Notes under the pieces: generated by a model | Told to the model about the DNA's origin: nothing | Database searches by the model: none | What the model saw: only the letters and a program-made list of their open reading frames with translations | Translations under genes and position numbers: made by a program | In this document: positions 47,863 through 57,382 of the stretch, piece by piece | Layout of the letters: each line of letters starts with the position of its first letter | Position numbering within the stretch: position 1 is the first letter of the stretch | DNA from: Mycobacteriales bacterium | GTDB lineage: Bacteria > Actinomycetota > Actinomycetes > BP-191 | Length of the DNA: 64,000 bases | Direction of reading: 5' to 3' | Assembly (NCBI GenBank): GCA_035536235.1 | Contig: DATLOQ010000119.1 | Coordinates: 9 to 64,008, forward strand

Positions 47863-47948
47863 GCGGGCATTACCCCGATCGGGTGGCGGGTCGCCGGCGG
47901 GTCCAGCCGGCCTCTCAGCCCGATTCCTCGAGCTCCCCGGTGTACGCC
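47863..47948 (-). promoter_or_regulatory. TPP (THI-box) riboswitch in the thiG leader
   Basis: Minus-strand RNA: CCGGGGAGCUCGAGGAAUCGGGCUGAGAGGCCGGCUGGACCCGCCGGCGACCCGCCACCCGAUCGGGGUAAUGCCCGCG, directly followed by the GUG start. It contains the invariant CUGAGA and the ACC-GAUC-GGGUAAUGCC-GCG pyrimidine-sensor helix consensus. Confidence 0.7.
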
Positions 47949-48046
47949 GACAAGTCTAACCGGAAGATATTGACGCGGCCTGGGCGGAGGACTAGAACGC
48001 GGTCGATGCGGCAGGGCCGCTGCCGCCTGCCCCTGAGGAGGGTCCC

Positions 48047-48844
48047 ATGGCCGACAGCCCCGACGTGACCTTGATCCGAAAGGTTTTCCAGGCGGCCGCG
48101 GCTGGCGATGTGCGAGTGCTGCGGGAGGTGATCGCCCCCGACTGCGCCCAGCACATCCCGGGCAACTCGCCGATCGGCGGGGAGACCAAGGGCCGCGACG
48201 CAGTCCTGGAGACCCTCAACCGGCGGGCCGAGCTGACCGACGGGACGTTCCAGGCGGCGCCCGAGCTGATCCTCGAGAACGGCCGCGGACTGGTCACGGC
48301 AGTGTCACGCATCACCGCGAAGCGGGATCGCAAAAAGCTCGATGCCCGCAGCGCCCAGGTGTTCCAGATCGTCGACGGGAAGATCGAGGACATCCGTCTC
48401 CTCAGCAACGACCTGGACACCGTGAACGCCTTCTTCGGCGGCACGAAGGTCGCAGCCAGCAAGGACGTCGCAACCGTCCGCAAGGGCTACGCCGCATTCG
48501 GCAAGGGCGACCTGGGCACGCTCCGCAAGCTGTTCGCTCCCGATGTCGTCCACCGGGTTGGCGGCAACTCGACGCTCACCGGTGACTACGAGGGGCCGGA
48601 CGCCGTCCTCGAGCTGTACGGCCGGATCGCGGAGGAGTCCCACAGCACGTTCACCGCTGACCTCGAGGAGGTCTTCGAGGACCGCAACGGTCACGTGCTC
48701 AGCCTGCACCGGGAGCGCGCGGAACGAAACGGTCGGCAGCACGACCAGCGGCACATCCTGCTCTTCACTTTCCTCGGCGGGCTGATTCTCTCGCTGGAGG
48801 AGTGCGCTGAGGACCTGAAGGCCGAGGACGCGTTCTGGGCGTAG
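48047..48844 (+). CDS. tandem SnoaL-like / NTF2-fold protein (ketosteroid-isomerase-like)
   Basis: Two ~125-aa repeats with nuclear-transport-factor-2-like patterns. Confidence 0.55.
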   Translation: MADSPDVTLIRKVFQAAAAGDVRVLREVIAPDCAQHIPGNSPIGGETKGRDAVLETLNRRAELTDGTFQAAPELILENGRGLVTAVSRITAKRDRKKLDARSAQVFQIVDGKIEDIRLLSNDLDTVNAFFGGTKVAASKDVATVRKGYAAFGKGDLGTLRKLFAPDVVHRVGGNSTLTGDYEGPDAVLELYGRIAEESHSTFTADLEEVFEDRNGHVLSLHRERAERNGRQHDQRHILLFTFLGGLILSLEECAEDLKAEDAFWA

Positions 48845-48881
48845 CCGACCTGCTGACCCGGCCGCGGCCCGCGCCCGTGGG

Positions 48882-50342
48882 CTACGGGACCCGCCGCGGC
48901 CGGGCCACCAGCGCCGGTCCGCCGCGCTGGACGGAGACGAAGGTGCCCGGCTCGGCGCGGTCACCCGGGTTCGCCTCGGCGGACCAGACGACCAGCAGCC
49001 GGCCGGAGCGGTCCAGCGCCACCCCGTAGTTGTCCACCGCCCGGCCGCAGGTCAGCCCCCCTTGCAGCCCCGAGGTCGGGCCACTGCCGCACTGGCCCAT
49101 CAGGGACTGCGCGGTGCCGCCGTACGCCGGCGCCGCTCCGACGGCCCGCCGGGTGACGACCGGCTTCGCCGACAGGGCACTGGTGACGACAGCGGCATGG
49201 AGGCGCCACAGGGGCGCCGCACCCCGGGCCGCCGTGCCGTGCAGCCAGGCGAAGGCGAGCCGGCCGGGGTCGCCCGCGATGACGTGGGGAAGGATGTTGC
49301 CCGCGTCCGCGAGCGGGGCCACCGTGACGGGCGCCGACCACCGCGTGAGGTCAGCGGGGGCATGGACGTACTTCAGCGCAGCAGTGAAGTCCGACGCGCT
49401 GCGTGACTCCGGGAAGGCGACGTAGGCGTTGCCCGCCGAGTCCAGGGTCAGGGGCGCGAACTGCATGCCCACGATCTGGCCAGTGCTCACCCGGTCCACC
49501 GCGAGCGACTGCCGCCAGGAGCCCACCGCGTTCGTCGCGGCGGTCGCCACCCACACCCGCGTCGGAGTGATGATGTTGATCTGCAGAGGGCCTGGTGCGA
49601 CGGACGCTCCGCAACCTCCGGTCGGCCCGACGGCTGCACCGCGAGTCACGAACGCGACGTAGAGCTGGCCCGTCCTCGGGTGAACGCTGAGGCTCGACGG
49701 GTAGCCGTCACCGCACTGCAGGTCGGCGAAAGCCTGCTCGCCGGGCACCGTCACCGGCACCGGCGGCCCGAAGCTCATCCCGCCGTCCGTCGAGGTCTGC
49801 ACGAAGATCCCGTGGGCGCCGAGCCCGCTTAAGAGGTTGTGCCACACCAGGTGCACTGTGGGCTTCTTGGTCATCTTGTCGACCGGGCCGACCGCGATCC
49901 ACTGGCGGTCGGTGTCAGCCAGCGTCGACAAGCCGGTCGACGGCGTCCAGCTCTCTCCGCCGTCATCGCTCCAGCTGGTGCGGAAGTTGATGCCCACCAG
50001 GTCGAGCTCGGTGGCCACCAGGCGGCCACCGGGCAGCGCCACGATGTCGACATCGATCGTCGCGGAGTCCTGGCCGGCAATCGGGCCCAGGTTGGCCCAC
50101 CTGCGACCGCCGTCGCGCGAGCCGAAGACCGTGGCGTCGCCGCCGTCCGCGTTGGTGATGGCGTACGCCGTGCCGTCTGCCGCCACGGTGATGCGCGGCT
50201 CGGTGCCGCCGGCCGCGCCGTCGAGCCGAACTGTGGAGAAGCTCAGCGCGGCAGGCACACCCGGTGCGGCGAGGGTAGGCAGCACGGCTAAGGCAGCGAC
50301 CACCGGGGCGAGCGAGGCAGCGAGCCGGGTACGCCGGGTCAT
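48882..50342 (-). CDS. secreted BNR/Asp-box sialidase-like protein (no sorting signal)
   Basis: Signal peptide; Asp-boxes SRDGGRRW, SDDGGESW, STDGGMSF. Confidence 0.7.
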   Translation of the reverse strand: MTRRTRLAASLAPVVAALAVLPTLAAPGVPAALSFSTVRLDGAAGGTEPRITVAADGTAYAITNADGGDATVFGSRDGGRRWANLGPIAGQDSATIDVDIVALPGGRLVATELDLVGINFRTSWSDDGGESWTPSTGLSTLADTDRQWIAVGPVDKMTKKPTVHLVWHNLLSGLGAHGIFVQTSTDGGMSFGPPVPVTVPGEQAFADLQCGDGYPSSLSVHPRTGQLYVAFVTRGAAVGPTGGCGASVAPGPLQINIITPTRVWVATAATNAVGSWRQSLAVDRVSTGQIVGMQFAPLTLDSAGNAYVAFPESRSASDFTAALKYVHAPADLTRWSAPVTVAPLADAGNILPHVIAGDPGRLAFAWLHGTAARGAAPLWRLHAAVVTSALSAKPVVTRRAVGAAPAYGGTAQSLMGQCGSGPTSGLQGGLTCGRAVDNYGVALDRSGRLLVVWSAEANPGDRAEPGTFVSVQRGGPALVARPRRVP

Positions 50343-50389
50343 GAGCGGGACTTCGACGCGGCCTCGGGGATTCCTGTGGCTCGGACCGG

Positions 50390-50725
50390 CTAGATGCCCG
50401 GGTCGGCCAGGCGCAGCGAGTTGAGGCGGGTCTCGACGGCGTCGATCTGAGCCACCACGCTCGCCACGGACGCGGGTACGTCGACGTCGACCGCGTCGTA
50501 CAGGAAGAGGTTGAGCACCTCGTTGGAGCCCACCGCCATGCCCACCGAGAGGGCGTACTCCCCCAAGGCGAACTCCCAGGTGAAGATCCCACCGGTCTCG
50601 TCGTCGGCCACATGACAGTAGTAGGTCAGGAACCTGTTGCCCTGCAGCGAGTAGTGGCGGACGCCGCCGCGCCCCACCGACTGGAAGACGAAGCCGACCG
50701 ACTCGAGGTCGTCGGTGAAGGACAC
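50390..50725 (-). CDS. YbjN-domain (type III secretion chaperone-like fold) protein
   Basis: ~110-aa acidic protein with a YbjN-like pattern; weak call. Confidence 0.45.
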   Translation of the reverse strand: MSFTDDLESVGFVFQSVGRGGVRHYSLQGNRFLTYYCHVADDETGGIFTWEFALGEYALSVGMAVGSNEVLNLFLYDAVDVDVPASVASVVAQIDAVETRLNSLRLADPGI

Positions 50726-50753
50726 GCCGGTGCTCCGTCCGTGGCTCTCGGGG

Positions 50754-51737
50754 TCAGGCCGGGCCCCGTCGTCGTACCAGGGGCTCGATGTCGTTTACCA
50801 CATCCTGCACCGGCTCGCCGTGGACCGCGCGGCGGAGGTTGGCGGTGACCTGGCTCAGGATCCGAAGTCGGCTCTGCACGGTCCCCCCGGCGATGTGCGG
50901 CGAGAGGAAGACCTTCTCGTGCGAGCGGATCGGGTCGTCGACAGCAGGCGGCTCGACGTCGTACACGTCGAGAGCCGCGGCGGCGAGGTGCCCGTCGTCG
51001 AGCAGGCGGAGCAGCGCTGCCTCGTCCACGAGGCCACCCCGGGCCGCGTTGACCAGGACGGCTCCCCGAGGGAGCAGCGCGAGGCGCTCGGCGCCGAGGA
51101 GGCCGACCGTCTCCGGGGCACGGGCGACCACCACGACGAGGACGTCACTGGACCGCACCAGGTCGTCGAGGTCACGGTAGGTCGCTCCCGCCGTCTCGCC
51201 ATCGGGGCGACGGCGCCGCGACCAGTAGCTCACCGGGCAGTCCATCGCCGCGAAGCGCTTCGCGCAGGCCAGCCCGATCGCCCCGAAGCCGATGATGCCG
51301 ACCCGCTTGCCGGCCAGGTCGACACACCCGCGCTCGACCATCTCGAGCTGGGGCCAGCCGCCGGCGCGCACCTGCCCATCAGCCCAGACCGCGCTGCGCA
51401 GCGCACCGAGCGCGCCCAGCAGGCACCACTCCGCCACGGCGACGGCGTTGGCGCCGGCGACGTTCGCCACCGGGATGCCGGCGGCGGCGCACGCCTCCAG
51501 ATCGATGTGCTCGACGCCGACCGAGCTCTGCTGGATGAAGGCGATCCGCTGACCAGCCGCTAGCACGGACGCGTCGATGCGCATCGTCCCGGTGAAGTCG
51601 CCGAGCACCAGGTCGGCATCAGCGACTGCGGCCCGTACGCCGTCGGGCGTCCGCGGCTCGGCCACGACGATCTCCACGGGCAGGTCGGGCACGAACCCGC
51701 GCACCGCCGCCTCGGGCAGCGGTGTCAGCGACGCCAT
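50754..51737 (-). CDS. D-isomer-specific 2-hydroxyacid dehydrogenase (NAD-binding)
   Basis: GxGxxG (GIIGFGAIG) and the catalytic R/E/H triad region (SPHIAGGT). Start at ATG 51737 or GTG 51806. Confidence 0.8.
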   Translation of the reverse strand: MASLTPLPEAAVRGFVPDLPVEIVVAEPRTPDGVRAAVADADLVLGDFTGTMRIDASVLAAGQRIAFIQQSSVGVEHIDLEACAAAGIPVANVAGANAVAVAEWCLLGALGALRSAVWADGQVRAGGWPQLEMVERGCVDLAGKRVGIIGFGAIGLACAKRFAAMDCPVSYWSRRRRPDGETAGATYRDLDDLVRSSDVLVVVVARAPETVGLLGAERLALLPRGAVLVNAARGGLVDEAALLRLLDDGHLAAAALDVYDVEPPAVDDPIRSHEKVFLSPHIAGGTVQSRLRILSQVTANLRRAVHGEPVQDVVNDIEPLVRRRGPA

Positions 51738-52070
51738 CCGCCACGGTCGATCCCCCGGCCCGTACGTCGCCTCCGCCATCCCCTGATGCTCCCACCCCCG
51801 CGACAATTGCCCGGTTAACCGGCCGAGTGGACCCCCTGACAGCGCCGATCAGGTCCAATTGCCCGGTCAAGGTCGGCGCGGGGAAGCTGAGCAGCCGTCC
51901 ACCCGGCGAGCGGAAGCGCACCGTGAACACAGTCTCAGGGTTCACTAGAGGCTGATCTTGTCACTCGAGCAACACCGTTCTACCGTGCCCGGACGCGGTT
52001 GGGGAAGGCCGCACGCCCTGCCCGCGCACGGCCCGCCGTACGGCGATCGTGCCCTGCATGTGAGGCCTTG

Positions 52071-52979
52071 ATGACCCGCTTCGCCTTCCCCACCCAGCTG
52101 CCGCGCTCCCTCGCGTTGCTCTCGGCGACGGTCGCGCTCGGCGTCGTGGCCACTGCGGCGGCACCGGGCGTCATCCGCATCCAGCGGGGGGACACGCTCT
52201 CCGCGCTCGCCCGCAAGCACGGCACCTCGGTGGCGGCCCTGCGCGAGCTGAACAAGCTCGGCGGCAACAACCTCATCATCGCGGGACGGACCCTGCGCAT
52301 CGCCAGGGTGCCTGTCGTCCGCGCGACGAAGCCAGCGGCGACCCGAGCGCGCTGGGTCGAGGTCGTCCACACCGTCGTCCGCGGTGACACGCTGAGCGGC
52401 GTCGCTCAGCGCTACGGCCAGACCCCGGCCGGGATCGCGCGGCGCAACAGCCTGCCGCGAAGCAAGGTCATCCGGCTCGGCCAGCGGCTCGTGGTCGGCT
52501 CCCGCCGCGTCGCGCCGCCCGCGAGGGCCATCAACGCTCGCAAAGCGTCCGCCGTACGGCGAGGGGTGCCGCCCGCGATCCCGAGGGATCGGGTCCGCTC
52601 CCTCGTCCTCGCACAGGCGCGCAAGCACAAGGTCGACCCCCACCTTGCCCTCGCGCTGGCCTGGCAGGAATCCGGGCTGCAGCAAGACGTCGTGTCCAGT
52701 GTCGGCGCGCTCGGGGTGATGCAGGTGATGCCGACGACCGGCGAGTGGGTGAGCCGCTATTTGGCGAAGCGCCCGCTGGACCTCTACGACGTCGAGGACA
52801 ACGTCGAGGCGGGCGTCCGCTACCTCGCTCAGCTCCTGAAGGTCGCCAAGACGAAGGACCTGGCTCTCGCCGGCTACTACCAGGGGCTGCACTCGGTGGC
52901 CAAGCGCGGCATGTACGACGACACGAAGCGCTACGTCACGAACATCACCGCCATCCGGCGCCGCCTCGCCAAGAGGTAG
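52071..52979 (+). CDS. LysM-LysM-SLT lytic transglycosylase
   Basis: Signal or TM, two LysM repeats (QRGDTLSALARKHG; VVRGDTLSGVAQRYG) and an SLT catalytic region (LAWQESGLQQ...GVMQV). Confidence 0.75.
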   Translation: MTRFAFPTQLPRSLALLSATVALGVVATAAAPGVIRIQRGDTLSALARKHGTSVAALRELNKLGGNNLIIAGRTLRIARVPVVRATKPAATRARWVEVVHTVVRGDTLSGVAQRYGQTPAGIARRNSLPRSKVIRLGQRLVVGSRRVAPPARAINARKASAVRRGVPPAIPRDRVRSLVLAQARKHKVDPHLALALAWQESGLQQDVVSSVGALGVMQVMPTTGEWVSRYLAKRPLDLYDVEDNVEAGVRYLAQLLKVAKTKDLALAGYYQGLHSVAKRGMYDDTKRYVTNITAIRRRLAKR

Positions 52980-53004
52980 CGGATCCAGACGTAGACTGGC
53001 CTCC

Positions 53005-54876
53005 GTGGATACGACGACTGCTGACCCGCTCGTAGGGCAGCTGATCGACGGCCGATACCGCGTCGACGCCCGGGTGGCTCGGGGCGGGATGGCCACGGTC
53101 TACCGGGCGTTCGACACCCGACTGGACCGCATCGTGGCCCTCAAGGTGATGCACGACTCGCTGGCGCAGGACGACGCCTTCGTCGAGCGGTTCAAGCGGG
53201 AAGCCAAGAGCGCCGCCCGACTCCAGCACCCCAATGTCGTCGCGATCTTCGACCAGGGCGAGGACGCCGGTCGGGTCTACCTCGTCATGGAGCTGGTGAG
53301 CGGCCGCACCCTGCGCTCGGTGCTGCGGGAGCAGGGGCGCCTCGACGTCGGCCAGGCGCTCGGCGTCGCGGAGGGCCTGCTCACTGCTTTGGCGGCCGCC
53401 CACGACGCCGGCATCGTCCATCGCGACGTCAAGCCCGAGAACGTCCTCGTCACCGAGTCCGGCCAGGTCAAGGTGGCCGACTTCGGGCTGGCCCGGGCCA
53501 TCGAGTCCACCCACCACACCGTCGCGGACGGCACCCTCATCGGCACGGTGGCCTACCTCGCGCCGGAGCAGGTGCTCACCGGCGCTGCTGACGCGCGCAC
53601 CGACATCTACTCGGCCGGGATCGTCCTCTACGAGATGCTGACCGGCGCTGTGCCCTTCACGGGCGACATCCCGATCAACGTCGCCTACCAGCACGTCAAC
53701 GACGACGTGCCCCCGCCCTCGGCGACCGAGCGCACCCTGCCGGCAATGATCGACGCACTCGTCGTCGACGCGACCCGCCGACCCCCCGAGCAGCGCTACC
53801 CGGACGTGCAGACGATGCTGGCCGCCGTACGGCGGGCCAACGCGATGGCGGGCGCCGACACCAGCCACTACACGTCGGTGGTCTCGCTGGCCGACGCGCC
53901 GACGACGGTGCTGTCGCTGGGTCGCGCGCCCGCCGGGGCCCCGCCCCGCGACGCTGGCTCCCCGGCTCCGAAGGTGCGCCGGCGTCGACGTGCTCCCCTG
54001 GTGCTCGCGATCCTCGCCGGTCTCATCCTGGGCACCGCAGGCGCGGTGGGGTGGTGGTTCGGCTCCGGCCGCTACGAGGACGCGCCGACGTTCGAGCGGC
54101 TGACCCAGGAGGCCGCGCAGGCCCGGGCGGCCGAGCTCGACGTGGACATCGAGATCAAAGAGCCGTCGCCCTTCGACGAGGTGGTGCCCCGCGGCACGGT
54201 CATCGACCAGGACCCGGAGCCGGGTGCGCGCTTCCGGCGCGGCACTGCGATCACCCTGACGATCTCGCGCGGGCCCGACCGCGTCGCGATCCCTGACGTC
54301 CGGGGCAAGACCGAAGCGCAGGCGCGCGCCCTCCTCGTCGCGCAGCGCCTCGACGTCGTTCTCGCACCGCTGGAGTTCCACCGCGAGGTCCCGGCGGGCA
54401 CCGTCATCGACCAGAACCCGGGTCCTAGGGCAATCAAGGACGTCAAGCCCAGCACTGCCGTCACCCTCATCGTGAGCAAGGGACCCGAGCCGGCCACCGT
54501 CCCGGCGGTGGAAGGCCGCACGCGCGCTGACGCGGAGAAGCTGCTGTCCGAGGCCGGTCTGGTGGCCAAGGTGGTCGAGACGTTCGACGACAAGGTCCCG
54601 GCCGGCATCGTGATCCGCCAGGACCGTGCAGGCGGCTCGACCGCCGCTCGGGGGGACACGGTGACCCTCACCGTGTCCAAGGGGCCCGAGCTGGTGACTG
54701 TGCCCGACGTCGAGGGCCGTCGGCGCGAGGAGGCGCAGACGCTGCTGCAGGCCGCGGGCTTCCGCGTGCGGTTCGTCGAGTTCCCCGGTCGGCGCGGCAA
54801 GACCGTGATCGATCAGAACCCCGCCGGTGGCGAGCGGCGCCGGCGCGGCACCGTCGTGACCTGCTTCCTGTTCTGA
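53005..54876 (+). CDS. Ser/Thr protein kinase with four extracellular PASTA domains (PknB/PknL-like)
   Basis: Hanks kinase motifs (VALK, HRDVKPEN, DFGLA, APE), a TM, then four PASTA repeats. GTG start. Confidence 0.85.
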   Translation: MDTTTADPLVGQLIDGRYRVDARVARGGMATVYRAFDTRLDRIVALKVMHDSLAQDDAFVERFKREAKSAARLQHPNVVAIFDQGEDAGRVYLVMELVSGRTLRSVLREQGRLDVGQALGVAEGLLTALAAAHDAGIVHRDVKPENVLVTESGQVKVADFGLARAIESTHHTVADGTLIGTVAYLAPEQVLTGAADARTDIYSAGIVLYEMLTGAVPFTGDIPINVAYQHVNDDVPPPSATERTLPAMIDALVVDATRRPPEQRYPDVQTMLAAVRRANAMAGADTSHYTSVVSLADAPTTVLSLGRAPAGAPPRDAGSPAPKVRRRRRAPLVLAILAGLILGTAGAVGWWFGSGRYEDAPTFERLTQEAAQARAAELDVDIEIKEPSPFDEVVPRGTVIDQDPEPGARFRRGTAITLTISRGPDRVAIPDVRGKTEAQARALLVAQRLDVVLAPLEFHREVPAGTVIDQNPGPRAIKDVKPSTAVTLIVSKGPEPATVPAVEGRTRADAEKLLSEAGLVAKVVETFDDKVPAGIVIRQDRAGGSTAARGDTVTLTVSKGPELVTVPDVEGRRREEAQTLLQAAGFRVRFVEFPGRRGKTVIDQNPAGGERRRRGTVVTCFLF

Positions 54877-54904
54877 CCAGTCGACGACTCTGCCACCCCG
54901 CCTG

Positions 54905-55780
54905 ATGGCTCCTCGCAAGACCTCGCTGATCGGCGTGCACGTCCCGGTGGCCGGCGGCCTGGCCCGCAGCGGTCTGAGCTACGCCCGCGAGGTAGGCGCC
55001 GAAGCGGTGCAGGTCTTCGTCTCCAACCCCCGGGGGTGGGCGCAGTCCGGTGGTGACGCAGCTCAGGATGCAGCGTTCGTCGCCGGCTGTCGGTCCGCCG
55101 CACTGCCGGTCTTCGTCCACGCGCCGTACCTCGTCAACCTCGGCTCGCCGACGCCGGCCACGGTGGTGAAGTCGGTCGACGCGCTGCGGCATTCGGTCCG
55201 CCGTGGTCGCGTGCTGGGCGCCCGGGGGGTCGTGGTGCACGCCGGTTCCGAAGTTCTGGGCCACTCTTACGACGCGGCGATCCGGCAGGTCCGCGAGCAC
55301 CTGCTCCCCCTGCTCGACGAGCTCGACGACGACGACCCCGATGTGCTGATCGAGATGACCGCCGGTGCCGCGGGTTCGCTCGCCGCAAGCCCGGAGCGCC
55401 TCGGCGCCTACCTCGACGCGCTGGACCGGCACCCTCGGGTCGGCGTCTGCGTCGACACCTGCCACGCCATGGCCGCGGGCCACGACCTCGCTGCGCCTGG
55501 TGGCCTCCGGCGGTTCCTCGCCGCGATACACCGGATCGTCGGCCGCGGGCGGATCCGGCTGGTGCACGCCAACGACTCCAAGGACCCGGTCGGCTCCGCC
55601 CGCGACCGCCACGAGCGGATCGGGGCGGGCTCGATCGGCAGCGAGGCGTTCCGGGAGCTCTTCGTCCACCCGGCCACGCGTGGCGTGGCGCTGGTGATGG
55701 AGACCCCGGGCAGCGTCGACGAGCACCGCACCGACGTCGATTTGCTCAAGCGGTTTCGACACGAGGCGCTCGCCCGATGA
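54905..55780 (+). CDS. nfo: deoxyribonuclease IV (AP endonuclease family 2)
   Basis: Xylose-isomerase-like TIM barrel with Nfo metal-site motifs (HAPYLVNL, HAGS, CVDTCH). Confidence 0.85.
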   Translation: MAPRKTSLIGVHVPVAGGLARSGLSYAREVGAEAVQVFVSNPRGWAQSGGDAAQDAAFVAGCRSAALPVFVHAPYLVNLGSPTPATVVKSVDALRHSVRRGRVLGARGVVVHAGSEVLGHSYDAAIRQVREHLLPLLDELDDDDPDVLIEMTAGAAGSLAASPERLGAYLDALDRHPRVGVCVDTCHAMAAGHDLAAPGGLRRFLAAIHRIVGRGRIRLVHANDSKDPVGSARDRHERIGAGSIGSEAFRELFVHPATRGVALVMETPGSVDEHRTDVDLLKRFRHEALAR

Positions 55781-56676
55781 GCAAGGTCCAACGACGCAGC
55801 CCGTCCACCGGCGCGGTGATTGCTGCCCTTGTCGCGGTCACCGCCATCTGGGGTTCGACGTTCGTAGTCGTGAAGGACGCGATCGGGCGCATGCCGGTCA
55901 TGGACTTCCTGGCCTGGCGATTCGCGCTGGCCACCCTGGCCATGCTCATCCTTCGCCCGCGCTCACTCTCGCGGCTGTCCCCCACCGGGCGTCGGCACGG
56001 AGTGCTGCTCGGCCTGGCACTGGGCACCGGCTACATCTTCCAGACCATCGGCCTGCGTACGGCGGACGCCGCGGTGTCCGGCTTCATCACCGGGATGTTC
56101 GTGGTCTTCACGCCACTCGTCGCTGCCGTGCTGCTACGCCGCTGGCCCAGCAGGGACGCCTGGGCCGCAGTGCTGTTGGCCACCGTCGGCCTGGCGCTGC
56201 TCTCGCTCCAGGGCTTCCACATCGGCACCGGTGAGGCGTTGACCTTGATCTGCGCCGTAGCCTTCGCGCTGCACATCGTCGGGCTCGGCGAGTGGTCGTC
56301 GTCGTACGACGCCTACGCCTTGGCGGTGGTGCAGCTCGGAGTCGTCGCCATCGGCTGCGCGATCGGTGCGCTGGCGGGTGGGCTGGTGGCGCCGCCCGAT
56401 GCGGAGGTCTGGGGTGCGCTCGCTCTCACCGCACTGCTCGCCACCGCAGTGGCCTTCGTCGTGCAGACCTGGGCCCAAGCGCACCTCGCCCCCACCCGGG
56501 CCGCGGTCATCATGACGATGGAGCCGGTCTTCGCCGGGGTGTTTGCCGCCGCTGCCGGCGAAGCCTTCGGCGTGCGAAAGCTGGTCGGCTCCGCGCTCAT
56601 CCTGCTCGCCATGCTCGCCGTCGAGCTGGGCCCGCGCCGCGGCGCCGAAGGCGATGTCGCCCGCCTCGAGACCTGA
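55777..56676 (+). CDS. DMT/EamA family transporter
   Basis: 10-TM duplicated EamA architecture. Confidence 0.7.
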   Translation: MSKVQRRSPSTGAVIAALVAVTAIWGSTFVVVKDAIGRMPVMDFLAWRFALATLAMLILRPRSLSRLSPTGRRHGVLLGLALGTGYIFQTIGLRTADAAVSGFITGMFVVFTPLVAAVLLRRWPSRDAWAAVLLATVGLALLSLQGFHIGTGEALTLICAVAFALHIVGLGEWSSSYDAYALAVVQLGVVAIGCAIGALAGGLVAPPDAEVWGALALTALLATAVAFVVQTWAQAHLAPTRAAVIMTMEPVFAGVFAAAAGEAFGVRKLVGSALILLAMLAVELGPRRGAEGDVARLET

Positions 56677-56701
56677 GCGCGCTGCTACTCCAGAGCTCTG
56701 C

Positions 56702-57319
56702 CTACTCAGGGCCTTCCCCGGGAAGCTCCTGATAGGAGTAACGGTGCTCCAGCCAGGGATCGGCGACGTTGTGGTAGCCGCGCTCCTCCCAGAAGCCGCG
56801 TCGGTCGCGGGTCAGGTACTCCACGCCGCGCACCCACTTGGGCCCCTTCCAGGCGTAGAGGTGCGGCACGATCAACCGGAGCGGGTAGCCGTGCTCCACG
56901 CTGAGCGGCTCGCCGTTGCGGTGCGTCGCGAAGAGCGCCTGGGCGTCGGCGAAGTCGGCGAGCCTCATGTTGGCGCCGTACCCGTACTCCGCCCACACCA
57001 TGACGTGGGTCGCCCCCGGCGCCGGCGGCGCGAGGCGCAGCACTTCCGAGGTCGCGACCCCGGTCCAGTCGTTGTCGAGCACAGAGAACTTCGTCACGCA
57101 GTGGAAGTCGGCGTGCACATCAGTGCGGGGCAGTGCCCCGAAGTCTTCCCAGCCGAGCGACTTCTCCGCTGCCGTCGCGCCGAAGATCCTGAAGTCCCAC
57201 TTCTCCGGGTCGAACTTCGGCACCGGCCCGTAGTGCAGCACCGGCCACCCGCGCGGGATGTACTGGCCCGGCGGCAACCGCGTGTCTGCCACTGATCCCC
57301 GTCGTTCCGGTGTCATCAC
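56702..57319 (-). CDS. sulfite-oxidase-like molybdopterin oxidoreductase (MsrP/YedY-type catalytic domain)
   Basis: Oxidored_molyb-like sequence (HCVTKFSVLDNDWTGV ... GYPLRLIVPHLYAWKGPKWVRGVE). Confidence 0.65.
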   Translation of the reverse strand: MMTPERRGSVADTRLPPGQYIPRGWPVLHYGPVPKFDPEKWDFRIFGATAAEKSLGWEDFGALPRTDVHADFHCVTKFSVLDNDWTGVATSEVLRLAPPAPGATHVMVWAEYGYGANMRLADFADAQALFATHRNGEPLSVEHGYPLRLIVPHLYAWKGPKWVRGVEYLTRDRRGFWEERGYHNVADPWLEHRYSYQELPGEGPE

Positions 57320-57382
57320 TCGCGTCGCTCCGGTGTCATCAACCGCCTGCTCGAGTAGCCCTGCGCTCTGATCCTCGCACTA

